From a virus, in the IMG/VR virus record IMGVR_UViG_3300027754_005987, positions 32,001-96,000 of that record: 64,000 bases of DNA. The stretch is one strand, 5' to 3'. Both the position numbers and the translations under genes were made by a program. This document shows, piece after piece, positions 9,532-19,045 of the stretch (positions are counted from its first letter, which is position 1; each line of letters starts with the position of its first letter). Under the pieces are notes generated by a model that saw only the letters and a list, made by a program, of their open reading frames with translations, was not told the origin of the DNA and did not search any database.

Positions 9532-9783
9532 ATGGTAAAAAGAGAATTAACAATTTTAGTATTATCAATATTTTCACTTATATTGGTTTCAGTTTTTGGT
9601 ATTTCAAGAATATTAAATAATAAACCAATACAAAAAGGTTCAATAGAAATAAGTCTTGTAGATAGCTTAAATAATGAAATATTATATTTACAAATAGAAA
9701 ATGGTAGGTATCAAATAATAATGGATAGATTGTATGAATTAGATTCTAACCTAGTTAATAAAGCAACCGAAAATTTAGAATAA
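9532..9783 (+). CDS. Small protein with N-terminal membrane anchor
   Basis: LTILVLSIFSLILVSVFGI followed by a coiled-coil-like segment. Confidence 0.65.
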   Translation: MVKRELTILVLSIFSLILVSVFGISRILNNKPIQKGSIEISLVDSLNNEILYLQIENGRYQIIMDRLYELDSNLVNKATENLE

Positions 9784-9789
9784 TATAAT

Positions 9790-10041
9790 ATGTATACATT
9801 AATTAGAAAAAAAGATAATTTAAAAAAACAAGCTGAAAATATTATTTGGATTGAATTCGATGGTGATGGTAGGTTTAAAGAAAAATACGATGAACCTGCC
9901 ATTAATAGAAGTTTATTAATGAGCCCATTCAATGATTTTTTTACATGGCAAACAACAATTATTATTGAAATAATTGATAAAAAAGAAAACCATATACATT
10001 TTAAAACAAAAAATAGTGAATATATTTTAACGAAAGAATAA
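9790..10041 (+). CDS. Hypothetical phage protein
   Basis: 83-aa ORF tightly packed before thyA; FTWQTT...FKTKNSEY. Confidence 0.7.
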   Translation: MYTLIRKKDNLKKQAENIIWIEFDGDGRFKEKYDEPAINRSLLMSPFNDFFTWQTTIIIEIIDKKENHIHFKTKNSEYILTKE

Positions 10042-10043
10042 TT

Positions 10044-12362
10044 ATGAATAAATTAGATAAAGCGTATACAGACCTAATTCAAGATATACTTGATAACGGA
10101 GTTAAAAAAGAAACAAGAAATGGGGGAACCATAAGCGTATTTGGAAGACAGATTAAACATTCAATGAAAAACGGATTTCCATTGCTCACCACAAAGAAGA
10201 TGGCGTTTAAGACAATGGTTACCGAATTGTTATGGTTTTTAAGGGGCGATACAAATATTAAATTCCTTGTTGATAATAATTGTCATATTTGGGATGGAGA
10301 TGCTTATAAACGATTCTTAAATGAAACTATTAAAATTGAACCTGTGGAAGTAAAGGAACGAGCAATTACTCAATTATTGAATAATAAAGAATCAAAAGAA
10401 GAATTTATCAACAAAATCAAAACAGATGATGAGTTTGCTGAGAAGTGGGGTGATTTAGGTCCTGTATACGGCAAGCAATGGAGAAATTGGGAACATAATA
10501 CTGGACCTTCTTGGGGAAAGGGAGGAACCTATATAGAATCAAAGAAAACTCAAATAGACCAAATTGCAAACCTAATCCGTGACCTTAAAAACAATCCTGA
10601 TTCAAGGAGACTAATGGTTAATGCTTGGAATGTCGCGGATGTTGAAAGCGGTAGTATGGTCTTGCCACCTTGTTTTACTTCAGATATGTTGGTTGCGTGT
10701 ATAGATGGATATAGAAAAATATCTGAAATAACTACTAATGATTTGGTATTAACCGAAGATGGGTCTTATCAAAAAGTTTATGAATTACATGAAACTAATT
10801 ATAATGGTGATTTATTAAAAATTAAAACACATGGTAATAGTAAATCAATTAACGCAACACCTAACCACCCATTTTTGGTTAGAGATAAAGGGTATATTAA
10901 CGCTAGTGAAATTACGAAAAACGATTATTTAGGTATACCAATTAATAAAAATGAAATTATACCATCATTTAAAACGATAATAAAAGATAACCAATATTCT
11001 GAAAAAGAAATTGAAACTGTTTTAGATGATAAAGATTATTGGTATCTTATGGGGTATTTTTTAGGTGATGGGTGGTTAATAGAATCAAAAAGAGAAATTT
11101 ATTTTGCTATTAATGATATCCAAGTTGATGAAATACTACCTAGATTAAATAAAATTATTGGGTTAGCAAAATTGAATAACTCTGGTGTAAACTGTAAAAA
11201 ATATGTTGGTAGAAAACAACAATTATTTGAAATATTATCAATGTTCGGTAAGTATGCAGATGGTAAAATAATACCACAATTTATACATGACGCACCTAAA
11301 CATTTAATTGAAGAATTTATTAAAGGGTATCAAAAAGCTGATGGTTGTATAACTAATGATGGTATAACTTATACCACTGTATCTGATAATATAGCATATG
11401 GGTTACAATTATTATATACCAAATTAAACATAAAAGCGTCAGTATATTATCAAAAAAGACCTAATAAAACATTTATAGAAGGTCGTGAAGTTAATCAAAA
11501 AAATACTTACTCAATCAATGTTTACCAACAAAAAAATAAATCTAAAAATTATATTTTTGATAATGATTATTTGTGGTTATGCGTTAAGAGTATTGAAAAA
11601 TATAATTATGATGGGTATGTGTATAATATTTCAACTGAGAATAACCATACTTACAACGTTTTTAATTTAGTTAACCATAATTGTCATTATGGATTTCAAG
11701 TTTATACAAGAGAGTTGAGTCAAGAAGAAAGAAAACAAATATTTGAAGATAGCGGATACGTTTGTGATGTATGGCCATTTAATGGTGACTGGCATGGTGA
11801 ATATGATGGATTTGGAATACCACGCAGAGCAATCTCTTTAATGTGGAATCAACGTAGCGTAGATACTTTTCTCGGTTTGCCATTCAACATAGCATCTTAT
11901 GGGTTGTTATTGGAAATCATTGCTAAAGCAGTTAATATGGTTCCTGATGAATTGATTGGTAACTTGGGTGATACTCATTTATATTCAAACCATATTGAAC
12001 AAGCTAAAGAACAAATTGGTAGAGAATTAAGAACTGATGAAAGAGTTTGTAAGGCATATGAAAATAATAAATTAGATACATCTTTATTTAAAGAAGGTCT
12101 TAGCGATGCTGAATTAGAAACTATTTGCGATTCATTTGGTATTCCTAAAAGAACGAGAGAACCTTATGAATTACCTAAACTAAACATTAATACAGAGTTT
12201 TGGTCGACAGAAGGTGGTTCATGTGGCGAAGGCCCTTTAGATGCTATTAAAGTATTCGAATCATTTAAAGATGACAACTTTTGTAAATGTTTACTAGAAG
12301 AAGATATTCAATTAAACAATTATCAATCACACCCAACAATTAAAGCACCATTAAGTAATTAA
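10044..12362 (+). CDS. thyA: Thymidylate synthase ThyA containing an intein
   Basis: [36 protein letters not shown]|[27 protein letters not shown]; 435 aa spliced. Confidence 0.97.
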   Translation: MNKLDKAYTDLIQDILDNGVKKETRNGGTISVFGRQIKHSMKNGFPLLTTKKMAFKTMVTELLWFLRGDTNIKFLVDNNCHIWDGDAYKRFLNETIKIEPVEVKERAITQLLNNKESKEEFINKIKTDDEFAEKWGDLGPVYGKQWRNWEHNTGPSWGKGGTYIESKKTQIDQIANLIRDLKNNPDSRRLMVNAWNVADVESGSMVLPPCFTSDMLVACIDGYRKISEITTNDLVLTEDGSYQKVYELHETNYNGDLLKIKTHGNSKSINATPNHPFLVRDKGYINASEITKNDYLGIPINKNEIIPSFKTIIKDNQYSEKEIETVLDDKDYWYLMGYFLGDGWLIESKREIYFAINDIQVDEILPRLNKIIGLAKLNNSGVNCKKYVGRKQQLFEILSMFGKYADGKIIPQFIHDAPKHLIEEFIKGYQKADGCITNDGITYTTVSDNIAYGLQLLYTKLNIKASVYYQKRPNKTFIEGREVNQKNTYSINVYQQKNKSKNYIFDNDYLWLCVKSIEKYNYDGYVYNISTENNHTYNVFNLVNHNCHYGFQVYTRELSQEERKQIFEDSGYVCDVWPFNGDWHGEYDGFGIPRRAISLMWNQRSVDTFLGLPFNIASYGLLLEIIAKAVNMVPDELIGNLGDTHLYSNHIEQAKEQIGRELRTDERVCKAYENNKLDTSLFKEGLSDAELETICDSFGIPKRTREPYELPKLNINTEFWSTEGGSCGEGPLDAIKVFESFKDDNFCKCLLEEDIQLNNYQSHPTIKAPLSN
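10671..11681 (+). mobile_element. Intein (337 aa) with LAGLIDADG endonuclease at the ThyA catalytic Cys
   Basis: Starts CFTSDMLV, block B ATPNHPF, YFLGDG and GYQKADG motifs, ends LVNHN with Cys+1. Confidence 0.93.
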
Positions 12363-12396
12363 TCAATATAACAATAAATAAAAAAAAAAAACAATT

Positions 12397-12480
12397 ATGA
12401 TAGAAATTTTTAAAGAATTTGGGGACATAGGTGCACCAAGTATGTATCAAATAACAATGATGATATATGATAATAAGTAA
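12397..12480 (+). CDS. Possible 27-aa small ORF (MIEIFKEFGDIGAPSMYQITMMIYDNK)
   Basis: Long A-tract then acaattATG, same context as the capsid gene start; fills the gap between thyA and its terminator. Confidence 0.4.
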   Translation: MIEIFKEFGDIGAPSMYQITMMIYDNK

Positions 12481-12490
12481 ATAAACAAAT

Positions 12491-12517
12491 AAAAGAGCTA
12501 TTGATAGCTCTTTTTTT
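12491..12517 (+). terminator. Intrinsic terminator
   Basis: aaaagagcta-ttga-tagctctttttt. Confidence 0.85.
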
Positions 12518-12551
12518 GTTTTTCATATATTTATTAGAAAAGAAAAAGATT

Positions 12552-12794
12552 ATGCCAAGAATAAGTGATATACATAGTATTATAGTTGCAGCCCAAAACG
12601 CTAATTTAACAGCGCACACATATAATGAAATATATGGTGGTGCTGGTGGTTGCACAATAGTTATAAACGGTACAACAATAAGTGTAGGTAGCGCATCAAA
12701 CATTCCTATATGGGTTAGAACAGTAAGTGGTGGTACTGGATGTTATTTACTAGGTGAAAATAAAGATGTTTATGTTGGAAGCACATCGCTTTAA
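12552..12794 (+). CDS. Small putative virion protein
   Basis: Start moved to ATG 12552 (MPRISDIH), 16 nt after TATTTATT; Gly/Thr-rich, beta-strand-like. Confidence 0.7.
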   Translation: MPRISDIHSIIVAAQNANLTAHTYNEIYGGAGGCTIVINGTTISVGSASNIPIWVRTVSGGTGCYLLGENKDVYVGSTSL

Positions 12795-12818
12795 TAAAAA
12801 TTTTAAATAATTTATAGA

Positions 12819-12826
12819 TATTTATA
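12819..12826 (+). promoter_or_regulatory. Putative late promoter TATTTATA
   Basis: 12 nt upstream of ATG 12839. Confidence 0.6.
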
Positions 12827-12838
12827 ATAAAATAAAAT

Positions 12839-14548
12839 ATGGAAAATAGAAATAAAATAACACCAGTAGGTCTTAAAGGTAAAGAAATCAATGCTAGAAT
12901 GATTGAATTAATGGGTATTAAACCTATTAATGAAAATCACACAAAATCAGTTGTTGAGTTAACCAAAATTGGACCAGACGGAAATGCTTATGCAATTGTA
13001 AGAGAGAATCATGAGTATTATATTAAAACAACCAATAAAAAATCAAATATCATAACTGAAGATTTCAATTATATTGGTGGTTTACAAAACAAAAAATCAG
13101 AAGCTTATCCTTCATATGCAAAAGCTATAAAACATTTAAACCTTAAATTTAATTCATTAGCTGAATCATTTGATAAAGGGCATAATATCAATGTATTTGA
13201 AAACGATAATCTTTTAAACGAAAACGCATTTGCTGGTGGGTTTGCTAATCACCCAAAAAGTGGTGGTTTCACAGGTGAAGGTAATCTAGAAGGTAATACT
13301 CCATTATTTGAAGCTGAAGAAGAAAACAATCCATGGGCTATTTGTACTTCAAGTGTTGGTCGTGAAGACAAGGATAAATACGAAGCTTGTGTTATGTCTG
13401 TTAAAAAAGAAAAAGGTATTGAAGAATCTATGACTGAAAATGAATACTGCGGTATGAATGAAGCAGTTGAATTATCTGAAGCAGAAAAAGCTATTCAAGA
13501 AATGATGACTAGAATGGAAGATGATGATGATTATATATACGGTAAAACTGATGATGTATATAATTATGATAGCGAAAAAGACCCATTTGAGGATTATGAT
13601 GATGATGAAATTGATTCGTTAGTTGGTATTAACAAAGAAAAAAACATTGATGAAGCATTTAAAACACAAGATGAATTAAACCAATTTGCTGGTCATGACG
13701 ATTATCAGTGGTACATCGTTAACCCGAAAGGAGAAATAGTTGGTGGTAATGAATATTTACGTGACGCATTTGATAGTTTTGTTGAGTATTCTACTCAAGG
13801 TGAAGAGGCAAACTATTTATATGTTAATGATAGTGAAAATGAAGATGCAGAAAGTCTTCACGATATGGCTGATAACTTTTTATCAAGTTATGGTTATGGT
13901 GAACCTGGAGATGATTTGGATGATTATGACCAAGGTGAATTAGATGAATTTGTTAGTTATTTTTCAACTAAAATACCATTTGCCAGATTTGATTATGGTG
14001 AAGGTGAAGAATTGGGTGACCAATTCATTAATGGTTTTAGAATTGTTAAGAAAGATGATGGCATGTATGAATCTAAAAAAGAAAAATTATCTGATAAAGA
14101 AATAGCTGCTAAAGAAAAGCCATATAATAAAATAACTCAAGCTGATATATTAAATTTAAAAGGTGTTAATTTGGATGAAATGATGGCTAGAATGGAAGGT
14201 GAAGAAGAGCCTGCTAAGGCCAAAGATATGACAGACGAAGAGCGAAAGAAAAAAGATGACGACTATTACCGTTCCACCGGGCATGCAACTGGCGACTGGG
14301 GCCCTCCCGGAGATAGAGATTATGGCATGGTGAAGGTTGATAATGATGATGATGATGAAGAAGAAGAAGAAGAAGAAGAAAAGCCAACGCTAGGACACAA
14401 AATAAAGAGCTTTTTAGGATTCAAGAAATCAAAAATCAACAAAGAAGATAAAGCTTTGAGTGCTATTGAAGAAAGCATTGAAAGATTAGACGCTTTACTA
14501 GAAGGTGAATTAAAAAAAAAAGCACAAACGTTAACAAAAAAGAAGTAA
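12839..14548 (+). CDS. Acidic modular head-region protein; upstream half of a putative frameshift pair
   Basis: 569 aa with many (L/I/M)xE junctions and an NPWAICT module; ends over an A10 run and A_AAA_AAG. Confidence 0.8.
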   Translation: MENRNKITPVGLKGKEINARMIELMGIKPINENHTKSVVELTKIGPDGNAYAIVRENHEYYIKTTNKKSNIITEDFNYIGGLQNKKSEAYPSYAKAIKHLNLKFNSLAESFDKGHNINVFENDNLLNENAFAGGFANHPKSGGFTGEGNLEGNTPLFEAEEENNPWAICTSSVGREDKDKYEACVMSVKKEKGIEESMTENEYCGMNEAVELSEAEKAIQEMMTRMEDDDDYIYGKTDDVYNYDSEKDPFEDYDDDEIDSLVGINKEKNIDEAFKTQDELNQFAGHDDYQWYIVNPKGEIVGGNEYLRDAFDSFVEYSTQGEEANYLYVNDSENEDAESLHDMADNFLSSYGYGEPGDDLDDYDQGELDEFVSYFSTKIPFARFDYGEGEELGDQFINGFRIVKKDDGMYESKKEKLSDKEIAAKEKPYNKITQADILNLKGVNLDEMMARMEGEEEPAKAKDMTDEERKKKDDDYYRSTGHATGDWGPPGDRDYGMVKVDNDDDDEEEEEEEEKPTLGHKIKSFLGFKKSKINKEDKALSAIEESIERLDALLEGELKKKAQTLTKKK

Positions 14549-16239
14549 ATGAAGTAAAATATAAGTTGAAGCTAGCTGCTGCACAACCTGCGGCAGCTCC
14601 AGCTCCAGCTGAACCAGCTGAACCAATGGCTGATGACGAGTTAGATTTTGGTGGTGAAATGGAAACATCATCTGATGAAAAACCAGCAAGCGATAAACCG
14701 TTTGATGATACACCATTTAATGCTGGTGTAGAAGCCGATGAAGATACAGACCCAAAAAAATTCATCGAACAACTAACTGGAAAGTTAGGACAATCCCTAA
14801 GAAAATATACAGAAGAACAAGGACAACCAGATTTCGAATTAGAAAAATTCGCAATTAATTCTTTAATATCAGCAACTCATACATCTGAAATGGATGCGGA
14901 AGATAGAAAAGATATAATAAAAAAAGTTAATACAGCTGGAAGTAAAAATGATAGCGATAAAGAAGATACTACAAATGATAGTAACCCTGATGATGGTGCT
15001 GATAACAATAGTGCTGATGAGTTTGGTGGTGACATGGGTGGTGATAACTCTGCTGGTGAAGAAGATTTGGAAGAAACAGTATTTGAAAATTACTTCTTAG
15101 ATAAGCCTAAGAAAAACAATATGTTTCAAGAAGGTTCTAATGATATTTTAGACGAAGAAGGTTTGTGGGATAATATTCGTAAAAAAAGAGCTAGAGGTGA
15201 AGCGCCAGCAAAACCAGGTGATGAAGATTATCCAGATAAAAAACAATGGAATCGTCTAACTAAAGAAGCAGATGGAGAATCAAACAATTATATGTTCTGG
15301 CAAAATCTTAAAGGAATTTATGATGATGCAACTGAAATCTTGGGTATGAACCAACAAGAGGTTGATGCATTGATTGCTGATGGTCATCAATGGGCTTTAG
15401 AACACGTTATCACATCAAAAGATGATGTCGAAGAAGTTTATCATTTTGTTGAAGCTACTATCGAAGGTGCTGAAATGAATGAAGGTGAGCACGAATCAAA
15501 CAATTATATGTTTTGGTCAAGTTTAAAAACCATTCAACACGCATCTAAAGAATTATTAGAAATGGATTATGATAGTGTTGATGCTTTATTAAGTGATGGT
15601 CATGGATGGGCTTTAGACCATATAGCAACAGCTGCTGATGATATGGAAGAAGTATATCACTTCTTAGCAAATACATTAGACGCTTATGATGGTGATACTG
15701 AAGGTGGTTATGAAGATGAACATGGTTCAGTTGAAAATGTTGGTTTAAATGAAGCTGAATACCATGGTAAAAAAGTTAAATTAGGAAAACCAACAAAAGG
15801 TGATGTTAAAAAATTCAAAGTTTACGTTAAAAATAAAAAAGGTAAAGTTGTAAAAGTTAATTTTGGCGACCCTAATATGGAAATAAAAAGGGATAATCCA
15901 AAAAGAAGAAAATCATTTAGAGCTAGACATAAATGTGCACAGGCTAAAGATAGAACAACGCCTAAATATTGGTCTTGTAAAATGTGGTCAACAAAACCAG
16001 TTTCTAAAATTGTTGGTGAAAATTTGGATGAGATTGAAAAAACTAGTATATTTGATAAAAATTATTTGAAGTATAAACTTCAAGAAACATTTAATCAAGA
16101 AGATATTATGGATAAACCAATGATTCAACCAGAAGTAAAACCAGCACCAGACAAAGTGCAACCTATTGCGCCAAGTAGAAAAAATAAACCATTTTTACCT
16201 ACACCTAGTGTTAAACCAGACCCAAAAGCTAGTAAATAA
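14509..16239 (+). CDS. Modular head-region protein; downstream (-1 frame) half of the frameshift pair
   Basis: Frame open from 14509 (after TGA 14506-14508); the track starts it at TTG 14566; duplicated NYMFW module and a basic C-terminal EAEYHGKKV...FRARHKC...YWSC module. Confidence 0.75.
   Translation: MKKKSTNVNKKEVNEVKYKLKLAAAQPAAAPAPAEPAEPMADDELDFGGEMETSSDEKPASDKPFDDTPFNAGVEADEDTDPKKFIEQLTGKLGQSLRKYTEEQGQPDFELEKFAINSLISATHTSEMDAEDRKDIIKKVNTAGSKNDSDKEDTTNDSNPDDGADNNSADEFGGDMGGDNSAGEEDLEETVFENYFLDKPKKNNMFQEGSNDILDEEGLWDNIRKKRARGEAPAKPGDEDYPDKKQWNRLTKEADGESNNYMFWQNLKGIYDDATEILGMNQQEVDALIADGHQWALEHVITSKDDVEEVYHFVEATIEGAEMNEGEHESNNYMFWSSLKTIQHASKELLEMDYDSVDALLSDGHGWALDHIATAADDMEEVYHFLANTLDAYDGDTEGGYEDEHGSVENVGLNEAEYHGKKVKLGKPTKGDVKKFKVYVKNKKGKVVKVNFGDPNMEIKRDNPKRRKSFRARHKCAQAKDRTTPKYWSCKMWSTKPVSKIVGENLDEIEKTSIFDKNYLKYKLQETFNQEDIMDKPMIQPEVKPAPDKVQPIAPSRKNKPFLPTPSVKPDPKASK
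14510..14548 (+). other. Putative programmed -1 frameshift / slippage site
   Basis: tta aaa aaa aaa gca (A10 at 14512-14521) and in-frame A_AAA_AAG (14536-14542); the -1 frame is open from 14509 to 16239. Confidence 0.65.
15277..15663 (+). repeat. Duplicated protein module with 216-nt period (ESNNYMFW...DGHxWAL.H....DD.EEVYHF)
   Basis: gaatcaaacaattatatgtt(c/t)tgg at 15277 and 15493. Confidence 0.9.
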
Positions 16240-16649
16240 TGAAAGACCTTTTTTTAATATATGTTAATATGGTTGGTAAAGATTACAAAGGTAATCTTAT
16301 ATATGAATTTATATTTTCAGACACAACCAAAAATATAGATGGTAATGAGTGGGATACATTCCCTGCTTCTGGGAGACCAGAAGCTCCTCATGACCATTTT
16401 ATTAAAAAGGTTGGTAGATTAGAATCTGAACTTAATTTGGATGTTGTTCAAAATAGCGATACATTTGCTGTTTGGGATGCTGTTGATGGGGTTATAGCTT
16501 TAGCATGGGAAAATATAAATGCTTATGATTCTTATCCAGAAAAAAGACTTTGTTTTAAATTTGGTGAACCAATAAAAGAAGTTGAAGCCAAATTATATGA
16601 GAATGACATAATATTGAATTACAATACGAAACAAAATGAAAAAATCTAA
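16239..16649 (+). CDS. Hypothetical protein
   Basis: 136-aa ORF, coupled by TAATG overlap; DAVDGVIALAWE. Confidence 0.8.
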   Translation: MKDLFLIYVNMVGKDYKGNLIYEFIFSDTTKNIDGNEWDTFPASGRPEAPHDHFIKKVGRLESELNLDVVQNSDTFAVWDAVDGVIALAWENINAYDSYPEKRLCFKFGEPIKEVEAKLYENDIILNYNTKQNEKI

Positions 16650-17673
16650 TATAAACGAAGAAGATAAATCAAAATTTAGAATACATGTTGATGCTAAAAC
16701 ATTAAAAAACCCAACAATGACTAAAAAAATGGCTGATATTCAGAATGCAAATCCATATATTGAATTTGATATGGAGCCAACTAAAGATGGTAATATACCA
16801 ACAATGGAAGATTTGGCCGAAGATAATTCAGTTTTAGAACCAGAAGCACTTATAACGCCTCAAGATAAAACCACAATAAAATATCTTTCTAATGTAAAAG
16901 ATAGTAAAACTGGTGAGATTTCACAACCATTTACTATTGGTGCTCAAAAATACCAAATGGTTAGAGGAACATGTGATAATCAAATTGTTATGGCTGTTTT
17001 TGCACATGATGAAACTGATGAACTTGGTGAAAACATTATATATTCAATTGATGAATTTGAAAAAAATATTGCATTGCCAATGCTAGAAACTATGGGGTTA
17101 AGAGGTCAAGATATTGGTATGGTTGGAGATGAGCCAATGACAGACGTTAAGGATGACACGTACGAAGGTTATAAGCACTATCTAGTGAACAAAGAAACAA
17201 ATGAAGTACGTAAGTTTAAAACAATAGAAGAAATGCTTTCTAGTGATAAATTAGACACTGAAGAATATATGGGTGTTGGTAAGTTTAAAAAACACATGAA
17301 TGAAAAGTTATTTGGTTCTAAAAAAAGAAATATTGAACCATTAAACGAAGTTACACCTACTGGTGAAGAGAGCGATGAAGAAATGAACATCAAAGCTAAA
17401 AAATTAATGGATATGATTGGTAAAAGAATACCAACTAACATAATAAAAACAATAACAACACCAGTAGCACAAAGAGAAGTAATTGCAGCATTTGCTGAAC
17501 TTATTGGTGTTCCTAGAAATGGTTTAAATAAATTAATTATGGGGTTAAAAGTTTTGGCAAAACAAGAAACAACTCCAGTAGCTGAATCTAAGGTAATGAC
17601 CAAGAATGAATTAATGGAAAGTCTTAAAAAACATAAAATCATTAAAACAATCAAAATAAAAGATATTAAATAA
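16636..17673 (+). CDS. Hypothetical head-region protein
   Basis: 345-aa ORF in the late operon with INE/LAE/LNE/VAE junctions. Confidence 0.8.
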   Translation: MKKSNINEEDKSKFRIHVDAKTLKNPTMTKKMADIQNANPYIEFDMEPTKDGNIPTMEDLAEDNSVLEPEALITPQDKTTIKYLSNVKDSKTGEISQPFTIGAQKYQMVRGTCDNQIVMAVFAHDETDELGENIIYSIDEFEKNIALPMLETMGLRGQDIGMVGDEPMTDVKDDTYEGYKHYLVNKETNEVRKFKTIEEMLSSDKLDTEEYMGVGKFKKHMNEKLFGSKKRNIEPLNEVTPTGEESDEEMNIKAKKLMDMIGKRIPTNIIKTITTPVAQREVIAAFAELIGVPRNGLNKLIMGLKVLAKQETTPVAESKVMTKNELMESLKKHKIIKTIKIKDIK

Positions 17674-18944
17674 TGAAAGACTATAAAAAAATAGCTGAAG
17701 AAGCATTAAAAAAATCTAAAGAAGGTAAAACAATAAAACGTTTAGTTGAAAGTGTTGTTTACCCAGATGGTTTAACTGAAAGAATGAATTCTAAACTAGA
17801 AGAAGATTTAGTTAAACAAAATACGTCTTTAGGTAAGCATCCAATATTTCCAGAAGGTGATGAGTCATCTTTTGAACAAAAAATAATGGGTGAAAGATTT
17901 AGCGAAGTTGCTAAACGTTATAAAAGAGCTTATGATGTTGATTTAATTGATAATTCTGAAGTTATGATGGGTATGTTACCATTACTTTCAGAAACGATGA
18001 AGTTAGAGTCTAATAAGAAAAAAGAATTGGAGAAATTAGCTATTGAAATGATTCGAGAAGAATATGATATGGGTGAAGATGTTGTTGAAATACATGCTGA
18101 ATTAACATCTAACATCAATATGGTTGGAACTAAAAAGAATCCAACGCCAGTTCCAGTTGTTATGGAATTCAAAAATCATGATGAAATGGTTAATGCTAAT
18201 GAAGAAGTATACAAACGTAGATTCTTAAATGCAATGATGCAAGGTGCCGCTAAAAAATGCAATCACATGTTTCATATGGTTGATGATGAATTAACTGACA
18301 TTGACCCTCGTTTATCTAGTAGATATGCTAAGTTGATGGCATCTGCTGATTACATGTATTATATAATACCTGAAATGGAAGATGGTGTTACTGGTGGAAT
18401 TGTTAGAGTAGAGTTTCCTACTAAAGATAACCCTAAAGCAATAATATATGTTCAAGCAATGGTTTTTCCAGTTCTTATTCATGAATTGGTTAAAGGAGTT
18501 ATGGAATTATTATCAGCACATGGTTTACCTAAAAATAAAAAAATAGGTAATTTTGTAATTGATAAAGCAGATTATTTGGCTGCTGAACCATGGGACATGA
18601 GAATTGGGCCTGCTTTATGGAGTAAATTCACAGATGCAATAGAACCAGATGATTTCAAATTAAAACACCACGTATATTCTGAACTAGCGGCTTTACCAGT
18701 TAGAGAATTTAATATTAAGATGAGAGAGATTATGGGTGGGACAAAAGAAGGTAAAAATATAGTTAAAAATATATTAGATGAAGTTAAAATAGGTTTAAAG
18801 GAAGAAGAGTTTAACGAATCAATTAATGAGTACAATGATATACCTGATGATGATGGTTTTAAGTTTGATGAACTTATGAATGGTGATGATTCTGGTAAAA
18901 ATTTGGATGATGAAGACGGATGGGATATTGAAGATTTGTTTTAA
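17673..18944 (+). CDS. Hypothetical protein upstream of terminase (HELVKG motif)
   Basis: 423 aa; KRRFLNAMMQG, FPVLIHELVKG and EPWDMRIGP motifs. Confidence 0.85.
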   Translation: MKDYKKIAEEALKKSKEGKTIKRLVESVVYPDGLTERMNSKLEEDLVKQNTSLGKHPIFPEGDESSFEQKIMGERFSEVAKRYKRAYDVDLIDNSEVMMGMLPLLSETMKLESNKKKELEKLAIEMIREEYDMGEDVVEIHAELTSNINMVGTKKNPTPVPVVMEFKNHDEMVNANEEVYKRRFLNAMMQGAAKKCNHMFHMVDDELTDIDPRLSSRYAKLMASADYMYYIIPEMEDGVTGGIVRVEFPTKDNPKAIIYVQAMVFPVLIHELVKGVMELLSAHGLPKNKKIGNFVIDKADYLAAEPWDMRIGPALWSKFTDAIEPDDFKLKHHVYSELAALPVREFNIKMREIMGGTKEGKNIVKNILDEVKIGLKEEEFNESINEYNDIPDDDGFKFDELMNGDDSGKNLDDEDGWDIEDLF

Positions 18945-18968
18945 AGACACACATAACATAATAGATTT

Positions 18969-18989
18969 AAGGACCCTTTTGGGTCCTTT
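18969..18989 (+). terminator. Hairpin / probable terminator
   Basis: aaggaccc-tttt-gggtccttt. Confidence 0.7.
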
Positions 18990-19024
18990 GTCATTTATAA
19001 TAAACGTTTTCTATGTTTCTAGTA

Positions 19025-19032
19025 TATTTATA
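19025..19032 (+). promoter_or_regulatory. Putative late promoter TATTTATA
   Basis: 13 nt upstream of the terL ATG. Confidence 0.6.
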
Positions 19033-19045
19033 GTTAAAAAATAAT

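Noticed and set aside
10671-11681. Group I intron in thyA, as in T4 td
   Set aside because: The frame is continuous and has intein ends (Cys start, His-Asn end, Cys+1), so it is an intein.
14566-14568. TTG 14566 as the definite independent start of the 557-aa ORF
   Set aside because: The frame is already open 57 nt earlier across two slippery sites, so a frameshift is the preferred reading. Independent initiation (here or at the first in-frame ATG, 14626) is not excluded.
15277-15663. Duplicated module as the template/variable repeat pair of a diversity-generating retroelement
   Set aside because: Both copies are in-frame coding, differences are not confined to adenines, and there is no reverse transcriptase in the window.
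17673-18944. HELVKG as a zinc metalloprotease site
   Set aside because: It lacks the second His of HExxH, so no protease call was made.
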